64,000 bases of DNA. It comes from Gemmatimonas phototrophica. GTDB taxonomy: Bacteria; Gemmatimonadota; Gemmatimonadetes; Gemmatimonadales; Gemmatimonadaceae. Below are positions 39,648-49,029 of the stretch, piece after piece. The stretch spans positions 1,367 to 65,366 of the forward strand of contig CAMBNV010000008.1 of NCBI GenBank assembly GCA_945869195.1, given 5' to 3'. The notes below the pieces were generated by a model. It saw only the letters and a program-made list of their open reading frames with translations, was not told the DNA's origin and searched no databases. How positions within the stretch are numbered: the stretch's first letter is position 1; the number at the start of each line of letters is the position of its first letter. Made by a program: the position numbers and the translations under genes.

Positions 39648-40727
39648 ATGCGCTCCCTTCGTTTACAGACCGTCGGCCAGCCCGTCGTTGCCCTCGAGCT
39701 CCCCACGCCGACGCCCAGCGCCGGAGAGGTCCTCGTGCGTGTTCGGGCCGCAGGCATCTGCCACTCCGACGCGCACTACCGCGCCGGTCGCTCGGCCTCC
39801 CTCGTTGCGCCGGTCACGCTTGGTCACGAGGTCGCGGGCGAGGTGGCGGCGCTCGGCGCGGGAGTGACGTCGCATGCGGTGGGTGACCGCGTCTGCCTGC
39901 ACTACCTCGTGACGTGCGGCCGGTGTGGTCACTGCGTCGCTGGCCGGGAGCAGTTCTGTCCGAGTGGCACGATGATCGGGCATCATCGCGACGGCGGCCA
40001 CGCCGAATACATCGTGGTGCCAGCACGCAATGCGGTGCCGCTACCAGCGGAGATCTCGTTCGAGCATGGGGCGGCGCTGATGTGCTCGAGCGCGACCTCA
40101 CTGCACGCACTCTACCGAGGGCGGTTCGCGCCGGGCGAGACCGTGGCGGTGATCGGGATCGGAGGGCTGGGCATCTCGGCGGTGCAGCTCGCCAAGGCCC
40201 TTGGAGCGCTCGAGGTGTTCGCGGTGGATTTTGACGAGACGAAGCTCCTGGCCGCCGCGCGTCACGGCGCGATCCCGATCCACGCGGCACGGCCACTGAA
40301 GGGCGGCGTGGCTGCCGTGGGCTCTGCGGATGTAAGCGGCGCGTCCGATGCCGTCGCCGCCTTACGCGCCGCCACTGGTGGCCGCGGCGTCGACGTCGTG
40401 CTCGAACTCGTCGGCTCGCCGGTCACGATGCGCCAGGCGGTGCAGATGTGCGCCGTACACGGCCGCGCCGTGATCGCAGGCCTCTCGCGCCTGCCGATGG
40501 AGCTCGACACCTATCGCGAACTGCTCGGTCCCGAGACCGAGCTCATCGGGTCTAATGACCACCTACTAGCCGAGCTACCGCTGCTCCTCGAGCTTGCACG
40601 GAAGAAGGCGGTCGACCTCACGCATGTCGTGGTGCGCACGGTGCCGCTCGATGCGGATGCGGTCAACGGCGTGCTCGACGAGCTCGACACCTACACCGCA
40701 CCCCTGAGGACCGTGGTCGTACCCTAA
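39648..40727 (+). CDS. Zinc-binding alcohol dehydrogenase (MDR family)
   Basis: GICHSD, GHE, CGRCGHC..C, GIGGLG. Confidence 0.9.
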   Translation: MRSLRLQTVGQPVVALELPTPTPSAGEVLVRVRAAGICHSDAHYRAGRSASLVAPVTLGHEVAGEVAALGAGVTSHAVGDRVCLHYLVTCGRCGHCVAGREQFCPSGTMIGHHRDGGHAEYIVVPARNAVPLPAEISFEHGAALMCSSATSLHALYRGRFAPGETVAVIGIGGLGISAVQLAKALGALEVFAVDFDETKLLAAARHGAIPIHAARPLKGGVAAVGSADVSGASDAVAALRAATGGRGVDVVLELVGSPVTMRQAVQMCAVHGRAVIAGLSRLPMELDTYRELLGPETELIGSNDHLLAELPLLLELARKKAVDLTHVVVRTVPLDADAVNGVLDELDTYTAPLRTVVVP

Positions 40728-40752
40728 GCCGGGCGAGCGTGCCGCGCTTGGA

Positions 40753-41946
40753 TCAGGGCCGACTCGGCCATGGCGTGCCCTGATCGCGCCGCGTCACGGC
40801 ACGGAGACCCTTGTACGCAAATCGCTGCACGCGTTTGCCTTCGTAGGTCTCGGTCGTGAAGATGTTGCCCTTGGAGTCCGTCGCGATCGAGTGGACCGCA
40901 AAGAACTGTCCTGGCTGACGTCCGCCGTCGCCGAACATCGTCAGAATCTCGAGGGACTGCCGGTCCAGCACATAGACCCGCTCGTTCTTGCCGTCGGCAA
41001 GGTAGAGGTACTTCTGCTGGGGGTCGCGCGAAAAAGCGATGTCCCAGACCGCCCCGTCGCCGCGGGTGAGCGGCGCGATCCGCACTTCCTTCACAAACTT
41101 CCCATCCCGCGTAAAGACCTGGATGCGGTTGTTGACACGGTCGCAGACGTAGATGAGACCGTCCGTCGACGGATCGGCACAGTGCACCGGGTTCCGGAAC
41201 TGCGGGATCAGGGGCTTCGCGGGATCGTACGGTCCGTAGTTGCTGTCAGATGGCACATTGCCGTAGGCGCCCCAGTACCGCTTGATCGCGCCGGTGGCCA
41301 TGTCGAGCACCGCGACGCGCTTGTTCCCGTAGCCGTCGGCGACATAGGCCTCGTTGTTGGCCGCGTCAAAACTCACTTTCGCGACGCGGCCGAACGAGTC
41401 CATGCTCCGCGAATCGCTCGGGCGCCCCGGCACTCCAATCTGCTGGAGAAACCGGCCCTCATGCGTGAACTTGAGAATATGGGAGTCGCCCGCGCTGACC
41501 GAATCCCGGGTCCCGTTGCCACCGATCCACACATTCCCGAGCGGGTCGATGGTGATGCCGTGATTCGACCCCGGCCAGGTGTAGCCCGGACCCGGTCCGC
41601 CCCACGAGTTCACAAGATTGCCTTCGGGGTCAAACTCAAGCACGGGCGGTGCCGAAGAGCAGCAGGGACCCGTCGCCGGGTAGCCGCCCTCGGTGCGCGC
41701 GTTGAGCGTCGCCTGGCCACGATGCACGATGAATACATGGTCGCGGGCGTCGACGCCGACGCCGATCACCATTCCGAGGAGCCACCCATTGGGCAGCGGC
41801 TTGGGCCAGAACGGGTCGACCTCGAAGGCCGGCGCCTGCACCGCCTGCCGTTCGAGCGAAGCCGAGAGCTCGCGCTCCCCCGCAATCAGAAAAACAATGG
41901 CGGCGCCCAGCACTGCGGCAGTAAACAGCGTACCCTTGCGTGACAT
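40753..41946 (-). CDS. Exported NHL-repeat protein, peptidyl-alpha-hydroxyglycine lyase (PAL)-like
   Basis: NHGITID, ADGYGNKRV, PVHCA, CDRVNNRIQVF, AVHSIATD. Confidence 0.75.
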   Translation of the reverse strand: MSRKGTLFTAAVLGAAIVFLIAGERELSASLERQAVQAPAFEVDPFWPKPLPNGWLLGMVIGVGVDARDHVFIVHRGQATLNARTEGGYPATGPCCSSAPPVLEFDPEGNLVNSWGGPGPGYTWPGSNHGITIDPLGNVWIGGNGTRDSVSAGDSHILKFTHEGRFLQQIGVPGRPSDSRSMDSFGRVAKVSFDAANNEAYVADGYGNKRVAVLDMATGAIKRYWGAYGNVPSDSNYGPYDPAKPLIPQFRNPVHCADPSTDGLIYVCDRVNNRIQVFTRDGKFVKEVRIAPLTRGDGAVWDIAFSRDPQQKYLYLADGKNERVYVLDRQSLEILTMFGDGGRQPGQFFAVHSIATDSKGNIFTTETYEGKRVQRFAYKGLRAVTRRDQGTPWPSRP

Positions 41947-42010
41947 GCTCGGCTCCGGCCTCGGGTGATGTTCAGGTGATCTCCTGCGACCAATGCTCTC
42001 TCTCCCATCC

Positions 42011-43384
42011 ATGACGCACCAGATACGTTCTTCCCTGACAATACGTTGTGCCGCGATTTTGAGGCGTATTGCCCTCGTCTCGCTGCCACTCCTTGGCACG
42101 CCCCGGGACGTCGCGGCGCACGAGATTCCCGCGCGCGTCGCCGTACTGGGATTCGTGCGTGCCGAGGGCACGCGTTTGGAGATTTTGCTCCGCGTCCCGC
42201 TCGTCGCGATGCGCGACGTGGACTTCCCGCTCCGGTCCGATGGATCGCTCGACCTGATCGCGGTCCGACCGCTCCTCGCGGCCGCGGCGCAGCTCTGGCT
42301 CGCTGACTATCTCGCGCTCGAAGCAAACGGACTCACGGTCGCCGCACCCCGCGTCGCAGCGGCCCGCGTGGCACTGCCCAGTGACCGCGGTTTTAGATCG
42401 CTCGCCGATGCGCGCGCGCAGTTCGAGCTGGCGCTGATCGGCGGCAGTACGACCATCGCGTGGCAGCAGGCGATGCTCGACGTGCGTCTCGAATACACGT
42501 TGCCTGCGCCGGACGCGCGGCTCGTGCTGCGTCCAAGGCTCGCGCACCTCGGCGTGCGGACCACAAGCGTGCTTCATCTGATCGGAGGCGACGGCGTCGA
42601 TCGACTCCTGACCTTCGAGGGCAACCCCGACGGGATCACGCTCGACCCCCGGTGGTACGACGCCGCGGGGCAGTTCACGGTCGATGGATTCCGCCACATC
42701 CTCGGCGGCATCGACCACCTGCTGTTCGTGCTCTGCCTTGTGTTGCCGGTGCGGCGCTGGCGCACCCTGGTCGCCATCGTGACGGCCTTCACGCTCGCCC
42801 ACTCTCTCACGCTTGGGTTCGCCGCACTCGGTCTCGCGCCGACCGCCGGTTGGTTCCCACCGCTCGTCGAGACGCTCATCGCGGCCTCGATCGTCTGGCT
42901 CACACTCGAGAACATCGTCCTGCCGGCGGACCGGCTCGAGCACCGCTGGCTAATGGCGTTCGGCTTTGGGCTCGCGCACGGGTTCGGTTTCTCGTTCGCG
43001 CTCGCCGAGCGGCTGCAGTTCGCCGGCAGCCATCTGCTCATGGCGCTCGCGTCGTTCAACATCGGCGTTGAACTCGGCCAGCTCCTCGTGCTCGCCCTCG
43101 CGCTCCCACTCCTCGGGTGGCTGCATCGTCGAGTGGGAGTCGAACGGGAACGCCTCCTGATCATCGTCGGCTCGGCGCTTGTCGCGCACACCGCCTGGCA
43201 CTGGATGACGGAGCGCTGGGCGACGCTCGCCGCGTATCGCGGCAGCCTCGGCGCACCGGTGATCGACGCAACGTGGGGCCTCGGGCTCATGCGGTTCGCC
43301 CTCCTCGCCGTGCTCGCGCTGGCCCTCGTGCTAGCCCTCGCGGTAGCGCGACGTCAGATTGCCAAGTCTGTTTCGCGACCCTGA
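42011..43384 (+). CDS. HupE/UreJ-family membrane protein with N-terminal exported domain
   Basis: AAHEIP mature N-terminus; HILGGIDHLLF, FTLAHSLTL, FGLAHGFGF, FNIGVELGQ. Confidence 0.85.
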   Translation: MTHQIRSSLTIRCAAILRRIALVSLPLLGTPRDVAAHEIPARVAVLGFVRAEGTRLEILLRVPLVAMRDVDFPLRSDGSLDLIAVRPLLAAAAQLWLADYLALEANGLTVAAPRVAAARVALPSDRGFRSLADARAQFELALIGGSTTIAWQQAMLDVRLEYTLPAPDARLVLRPRLAHLGVRTTSVLHLIGGDGVDRLLTFEGNPDGITLDPRWYDAAGQFTVDGFRHILGGIDHLLFVLCLVLPVRRWRTLVAIVTAFTLAHSLTLGFAALGLAPTAGWFPPLVETLIAASIVWLTLENIVLPADRLEHRWLMAFGFGLAHGFGFSFALAERLQFAGSHLLMALASFNIGVELGQLLVLALALPLLGWLHRRVGVERERLLIIVGSALVAHTAWHWMTERWATLAAYRGSLGAPVIDATWGLGLMRFALLAVLALALVLALAVARRQIAKSVSRP

Positions 43385-43404
43385 GCCCTTCTACCGCATC
43401 CCTC

Positions 43405-43815
43405 GTGCGACTCCGTCTCATCCTGCCCCTGCTCAGCATCGCCGCGCTCGCGGCGGCCCAGACTAGTCTCCGCTCCACCGCGGATGGGGTCTACACGACC
43501 GCGCAAGCCAACCAGGGACGCGAACTCTGGGCCTCGCTCTGCCAGAACTGCCATACCCCACACTCGGGTACCCCATTCAAAAACAGATGGATGGGGCGCG
43601 AACTCAGTGCGCTGTTCGCGTACACGCGCAACGAGATGCCCAAGTCCGACCCGAGCGGACTCTCCGATGAGGAGTACACGCTCGCGATCGCGTACCTGCT
43701 CCGTGTGAACGGGATGCCCGCCGGCGCGACCGCACTTCCCTCCGACTCGGCCGCTCTGCACCGCATTCGCTTCGATTCCGTTCGTTCTGTCCCCACCTCG
43801 ACCGGTCCCCGCTGA
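43405..43815 (+). CDS. Periplasmic monohaem cytochrome c
   Basis: Signal peptide, CQNCH, distal MP; GTG start inferred. Confidence 0.85.
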   Translation: MRLRLILPLLSIAALAAAQTSLRSTADGVYTTAQANQGRELWASLCQNCHTPHSGTPFKNRWMGRELSALFAYTRNEMPKSDPSGLSDEEYTLAIAYLLRVNGMPAGATALPSDSAALHRIRFDSVRSVPTSTGPR

Positions 43816-46028
43816 TGAATTTGCGACGCTTTGCTCACGCACCCCGGCTGGCGCTCCTGCTCGCGAGCGTTGCGTCGCTCGCGGGCGCGCAGCTACCCCG
43901 TCTGGCGAGCTCCCCCGGCGGCGCAGCGCCTGCCACAACAGGCTTGCAACGCGGCAACGCTTTTGGCGAGTGGCGCTACTGGGGCGGCGACGCCTACAGC
44001 ACACGCTACTCGCCGCTCGACCAGATCACCGCGAGCAACTTCAACTCGCTCGGGGTGGCCTGGCAGTGGGACGCCGGAACGTTTGGGCCGGACGAGTATT
44101 ATCGCACCACCCCACTCTATGCGAATGGCCGACTGTTCACGGTCGCGACGACGCGCCGCTCGGTGATGGCGATCGATCCGGAAACCGGTGAGACGCTCTG
44201 GATGTATCGGCTAGAAGAAGGGATTCGTTGGCAGAAAGCACCGCGGCAGTTCGCCGGGCGTGGACCCTCATACTGGACCGACGGTCGAGAGGAGCGCGTG
44301 ATCGTCGTGACGCCGGGATATCACCTGGTGTCGCTCGATGCGAAGACCGGCCTCCCCGATCCGAAGTTCGGCACGAACGGCGTGGTCGACCTCATGGGCG
44401 GGCTCGGGTACCCGCTCGTGCCGCTCGCGGTCGATGACACCGGGGCGTTGGTCGTCTCCGACGCCGCGCCGGCGCGGCGCGCCCGGACAGGCGAAGGGTG
44501 GAACGCCGTGACGCGGACCGGCGCCGACGGGACCATCGGCATCGATCCGGTGAATGGACAGATTGCGGCGAGCTCGCCGGCGGTGATTATCAACGACGTC
44601 GCGGTGGTCGGCAACTCCAGCATCCATGGGTACTATCCGATTCGCGTCCGCAACATCCCCGGTTTCATCCGCGGCTTTGATGTGCGCACCGGCAAGCAGC
44701 TCTGGAAGTTCAATCTCGTCCCCCAGCCCGGTGAGTTCGGCGCCGAGACGTGGAAGAACGGCTCGAAGATCGGCACCGAAGGCGTCGGCAAAAACGACGC
44801 CTGGGCGACCTACTCCGGTGACCCGGAGCTGAACATGGTCTATATCCCGGTCGGCATGCCGCTGATGGACGAATACGGCGGCCATCGGCCAGGCGACAAC
44901 CTCTACGGCAACTCGCTCGTGGCGCTCGACGCGCGCACGGGCCTGCGCAAATGGCACTTCCAGATGGTGCATCACGACATCTGGGACTATGACACGCCGA
45001 TGGCACCGAACCTGATGGATGTCACGGTGAACGGACAGCGCCGCCGTGCGATCACGCAGAGCACAAAGCAGGGGTGGCTCTACACCTTCGACCGCGTCAC
45101 CGGCGAGCCAATCTGGCCAATTGTCGAGACCCCGGTGCTCCAGAGCGACCTGCCGCGCGAACAGACCTCACCTACGCAGCCGATTCCGTCCCGTCCCGCT
45201 CCGTACTCGCAGCAGGGCCTGCTCGAGAGCGACGTCATCGATTACACGCCGGCGATCCGCGACTCGGCGCTGGCGATGGCGCGCAAGTGCCGCATGGGGC
45301 CGTACTACATCCCCGCCGTGCTCTCGAATGGCACGAGTGCGACCGGCACCCGCTGCACCTGGTACGCACCGGGCGCGTCGGGCGGAGTGAACATTGACGG
45401 AGGCGCGGCCTTCGACCCTGAGACCGGCATGCTCTACGTCGCATCGCTCAGTGGCCTCTCCACGATCTCGCTGCAGAAGGACCCGTGCAGCGAGTTCGAC
45501 TATAGCTCGCCGCGCGACAACTGCGGACTATTGGGCGCGCTCACGCCTCCGGCAGGCTATACCCCGCCGGAAAGCCGCGGCGGTGGCTTTGAAGGACGGG
45601 GCAACGCCTCAAACTTGCACGGCGTGTCGATCCTCAAGCCGAAAGAGTTCGGTGGCATCACCGCGTATGACATGAACAGCGGTGACAAGCGCTGGTGGAT
45701 CCCGAACGGCGGCTGGGTGCCGGTGCGCAGCACCGACCCGCTCTTCGCCGGCGTCACCCTCCCGCCGCGACCGGCGGGCGGCCAGGCACAGGTCATCAAC
45801 ACCAAGACACTCGTGATCTATGGCACCGGCCGTTCGGGCGGCGTCCCGGGGGCGAAACCGATCCTCTACGCCGTCGATAAGGCCACCGGTGCCCAGGTCG
45901 GCGCCGTCGAGATTCCGGCGCGCACGACCGCGGTACCGATGACGTTCTTGCACAAGGGAAAGCAGTACATCGTGTTCGCAACAGGTGCGGGGACAACGAC
46001 GGCGTTGGTGGCGCTCCGACTGCCGTGA
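43815..46028 (+). CDS. Exported PQQ-dependent dehydrogenase (glucose/quinate DH-like, no membrane anchor)
   Basis: TRYSPLDQI, TPL, GFIRGFDVRTG, WHFQMVHHDIWDYD, KQGWLYTFDRVTGEP, GKQYIV; TGATG overlap with cytochrome c. Confidence 0.88.
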   Translation: MNLRRFAHAPRLALLLASVASLAGAQLPRLASSPGGAAPATTGLQRGNAFGEWRYWGGDAYSTRYSPLDQITASNFNSLGVAWQWDAGTFGPDEYYRTTPLYANGRLFTVATTRRSVMAIDPETGETLWMYRLEEGIRWQKAPRQFAGRGPSYWTDGREERVIVVTPGYHLVSLDAKTGLPDPKFGTNGVVDLMGGLGYPLVPLAVDDTGALVVSDAAPARRARTGEGWNAVTRTGADGTIGIDPVNGQIAASSPAVIINDVAVVGNSSIHGYYPIRVRNIPGFIRGFDVRTGKQLWKFNLVPQPGEFGAETWKNGSKIGTEGVGKNDAWATYSGDPELNMVYIPVGMPLMDEYGGHRPGDNLYGNSLVALDARTGLRKWHFQMVHHDIWDYDTPMAPNLMDVTVNGQRRRAITQSTKQGWLYTFDRVTGEPIWPIVETPVLQSDLPREQTSPTQPIPSRPAPYSQQGLLESDVIDYTPAIRDSALAMARKCRMGPYYIPAVLSNGTSATGTRCTWYAPGASGGVNIDGGAAFDPETGMLYVASLSGLSTISLQKDPCSEFDYSSPRDNCGLLGALTPPAGYTPPESRGGGFEGRGNASNLHGVSILKPKEFGGITAYDMNSGDKRWWIPNGGWVPVRSTDPLFAGVTLPPRPAGGQAQVINTKTLVIYGTGRSGGVPGAKPILYAVDKATGAQVGAVEIPARTTAVPMTFLHKGKQYIVFATGAGTTTALVALRLP

Positions 46029-46061
46029 GCTAGATAAGGGCTGATCGGCGAGAGAATGCAG

Positions 46062-46098
46062 AAGGGGCGGCCCGATTCGATTCGGAGCCGCCCCTTTT
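46062..46098. terminator. Probable bidirectional intrinsic terminator
   Basis: AAGGGGCGGC..GCCGCCCCTT hairpin with T tail, between convergent genes. Confidence 0.75.
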
Positions 46099-46128
46099 GC
46101 ATCCAGCCGTCTTCCTCTCCTCTCTCCC

Positions 46129-47868
46129 CTACTGAATGAACTTCCAGGCCGCCCGATAATCCCGCGTCAGCGGCGTCCCCATTAACCGCGCCCGCACCAT
46201 CTCGATCGGCATCCGCCCGCCCTGCAGGATCGCATCGTGAAACTCCTTGTTCGTCATGCGCCCGCCACCGACCAACTCACGGTGAAGCGCGCGGATCTGC
46301 AGCCCGCCGAGCATGTACGCTGCCTGATAGAGCGGTGAGTACGACCCGTTGAACGACCGCCGCACTTCGGCTTCGGCATTCGCGCGCTCATGGCCCACGC
46401 GATCCACCAGCAGGTCGATCGCCTCCTGCGGCGTCATCCGACCCAGGTGCACGTTGAGCGAGAAGATGATCCGCGCCAGACGGTGCGACCGCCAGAAGAG
46501 CATCCCCATCCGGTCTTCCGGCGTGCGCGGAAAGCCCTGATCCCAGAGCAGCATCTCCCACCAGAGTGACCACCCCTCGCCCCAGAACGGCGTACTGAAA
46601 GCACCCCGGTGCGTGTTGTAACGCGAGGTCATGAAGCCCTGTAGATGATGTCCTGGGATCAGCTCGTGGTGCACCGTCGCCATTGAGAAATGTGGATTAT
46701 TGCCGCGCATCGACATCATCTTGTCGGCGTCGGCCATCGAATCGGTCGGGTACGACACCTGGATGATCTCGCCCCCGAGGAAGAACGGGGAGACGAGCTG
46801 TTGCCGCGGCGTCATCATCTCCATGCGCCAGATTTCGTCCGAGAGTGGCGGCACCGTGACGAGATCGCGCTGCGTGATGAACTGCACCGCCTCACGGGAG
46901 AGTCGCCGAATCAGGTCGGGCTGTTCGCCCGGCGGAACGAAGGCCTGCTTCACCTTCTCCAGCGCGGCACGCCAGTCCTCACCGAAGCCCATCTCTCGTG
47001 CGGCCTTCTTGCGCTCCTGATCAATCCACACGAACTCGCGCTCGGCGAGCGCGATCAGCTCGTCTGGTGTGTAGTCGATCATCTCCGCTTCCAAATCCTC
47101 CCTGAGTCCCTCGGCGCCGATCGGATCACCCACAATCGGCTCCTCCTGGCCCTCGCGCTGACCGACGATGGCCTCGCGCAACGCCTTGGCGTACCGGGTG
47201 ATCGCCTCGTTGGCGCGGCGGCTTGGGTCTGCGGTCCACCAGGAGAACTCTGGATCGTAGCCGGCGTAGAATCGATTCCAGTTGCGCATCGTGCCCTGCA
47301 GGTCTTCGAGATACCCGATCGTGCGCAACGCCACGATCCGCTCGGCGCGCGTTGCACCGTTTGCCGGTTTGGCGCGCGCCCCCTTCGCGAGACTGTCGGC
47401 CTGCACCGCCAGCGCAGCGAGCGCCTTCGCTGCTTTCGGGGCGTCGACCTTCTCGAACCGACGGCGCACCTCCTCCAGATCGGTGATCACCGCTGCGAAT
47501 GGCACCAGCGGCGCCATCTCACGCCCGAGCGTCTCCTCGCGACCGAGCTGGGCGACCTCGTAGCGCAGCTTGTTGCCGAGGAGCAGGTAGTCGATTCGCC
47601 CCTCCTGGCTCAGTTTGTTGAAGTCGACCTTCGCCAGGCGCGCCTGCCAATCCGAGTAAAATGTACGGAAGCGCGCCCGACGGGCCGGCGAGTACTCAAC
47701 CGTCCACCGGCGCCCGAGCGCAGCGCGGTCGGAGGTGAAGAGCGCGACGGAGTCGCGGAGCTCGCTCGCGCCCACGGAGATCTGGCCGATCCGACGTTGC
47801 GCGGGGAGCGCCCCGGCGACGAGTAGCAGCAGGAGCGCGGTCGGGACGAGCCGCGGAAGTGAGCGCAT
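46129..47868 (-). CDS. DUF885 family exported protein (probable metallopeptidase)
   Basis: HHELIPGHHLQ, EGWSLWWE, PLYQAAYMLG; signal peptide. Confidence 0.85.
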   Translation of the reverse strand: MRSLPRLVPTALLLLLVAGALPAQRRIGQISVGASELRDSVALFTSDRAALGRRWTVEYSPARRARFRTFYSDWQARLAKVDFNKLSQEGRIDYLLLGNKLRYEVAQLGREETLGREMAPLVPFAAVITDLEEVRRRFEKVDAPKAAKALAALAVQADSLAKGARAKPANGATRAERIVALRTIGYLEDLQGTMRNWNRFYAGYDPEFSWWTADPSRRANEAITRYAKALREAIVGQREGQEEPIVGDPIGAEGLREDLEAEMIDYTPDELIALAEREFVWIDQERKKAAREMGFGEDWRAALEKVKQAFVPPGEQPDLIRRLSREAVQFITQRDLVTVPPLSDEIWRMEMMTPRQQLVSPFFLGGEIIQVSYPTDSMADADKMMSMRGNNPHFSMATVHHELIPGHHLQGFMTSRYNTHRGAFSTPFWGEGWSLWWEMLLWDQGFPRTPEDRMGMLFWRSHRLARIIFSLNVHLGRMTPQEAIDLLVDRVGHERANAEAEVRRSFNGSYSPLYQAAYMLGGLQIRALHRELVGGGRMTNKEFHDAILQGGRMPIEMVRARLMGTPLTRDYRAAWKFIQ

Positions 47869-47943
47869 GGTGTGCCTCAGGATAGACGGAGACGAGGGCG
47901 AATCAACCGGAGCCGGCAGGCCCAGTGGCCCGCCCACAAAACA

Positions 47944-49029
47944 TTAGGGCTTCACGTAGCGCTTAAGCGCGCGCGGTCCTACTTCTGCGCCGTAGACCAC
48001 ACCGCGGGCATCGGCCGCCACACCCTCCGCCGCACTCGTGTTGCGCGTGGTCGTGACCGGATCGGGAATGAACGCCGTGACCACGCCGGTCCGTGCACTG
48101 CCGATCCGGATGCCACGCTGCCACTCGGGACGCCGCGGCTCGATCGACCCCGACTCCGAATCGGCGACGTAGATCACGTCGTTCGCGTCGATGAAGATTC
48201 CACTCGGGCGCGAGAACTGGTACCAGGTGTCGAGGAGCGTGCCGCTGGCCGAGAAGATCTGGATCCGGTCATTCCCGCGGTCCCCAACGAAGAGTCGGCC
48301 CTGCGAATCCATGGCGAGAGCGTGGGGCTGATCGAACTCGCCCGGCCCCGTGCCTTTCTTGCCCCAGCTCGAGAGGAGCGTGCCGGTGCGATCGAAGCGC
48401 AGGAGGCGCGCATTCGCGTCCGCCCCTGACGCATGCCCTTCGGCCACGTAGATGTCGCCAGTCGGCGCGACGTACACGGCATTGGGCTGGAAGAAGAACC
48501 CGGGCTCGCGCGCACTACCGTCGGTGCCCAGGCGCATGAGGAGCTCGCCCCGCGGCGAAAACTTGAGCACCTGATGCCCGAAGATTCGCGCGGGCGGCAC
48601 TGACGCCGGCGCATCGGCAGCGGCCGTCCGCGGTGCGACCGCGCGATTGTCGCGGCCATCGACGACCCAGACGTTGCCCTCACGGTCTACGTGGATGGCA
48701 TGCGGCCAGTTCACCATCCCCTTGCCGAACGAGCGCACGAGCGCGCCGTCTTTGTCGAACAGCAGGATCGGATCGAGATCGGAGCCTACGCAACTATTCT
48801 GCCCGCAACGCTCACCCACCCAGACGCTCAGGCCGTCCTGGTCGATCGCCACGGAGCTCGTCGAGCCCCATGCTCGGCCGGCCGGCAGTTTCGCCCACCC
48901 TTCAATGGTGCGATATGGGTTGGGGCGATCGTTTACCGGACTTGGCGCCGGCGCCTGGGCGCCGAGCGCGCCGAGTGTTCCCGCCAGGATCGCCACGGTC
49001 GCGGCGCTGTAGATCAGTCGAGTGCTCAT
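47944..49029 (-). CDS. Exported NHL-repeat protein, PAL-like variant
   Basis: WPHAIHVD, FFQPNAV..AEGH, FDQPHAL..GDRGNDRIQIF; TGATG coupling to the upstream oxidase. Confidence 0.8.
   Translation of the reverse strand: MSTRLIYSAATVAILAGTLGALGAQAPAPSPVNDRPNPYRTIEGWAKLPAGRAWGSTSSVAIDQDGLSVWVGERCGQNSCVGSDLDPILLFDKDGALVRSFGKGMVNWPHAIHVDREGNVWVVDGRDNRAVAPRTAAADAPASVPPARIFGHQVLKFSPRGELLMRLGTDGSAREPGFFFQPNAVYVAPTGDIYVAEGHASGADANARLLRFDRTGTLLSSWGKKGTGPGEFDQPHALAMDSQGRLFVGDRGNDRIQIFSASGTLLDTWYQFSRPSGIFIDANDVIYVADSESGSIEPRRPEWQRGIRIGSARTGVVTAFIPDPVTTTRNTSAAEGVAADARGVVYGAEVGPRALKRYVKP

Noticed and set aside
44970-45000. WDYD as a lanthanide-binding (XoxF-type) signature
   Set aside because: WDxD is also normal in the membrane glucose dehydrogenase family this protein resembles, and the vicinal Cys-Cys of methanol/ethanol dehydrogenases is absent. 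Not diagnostic.
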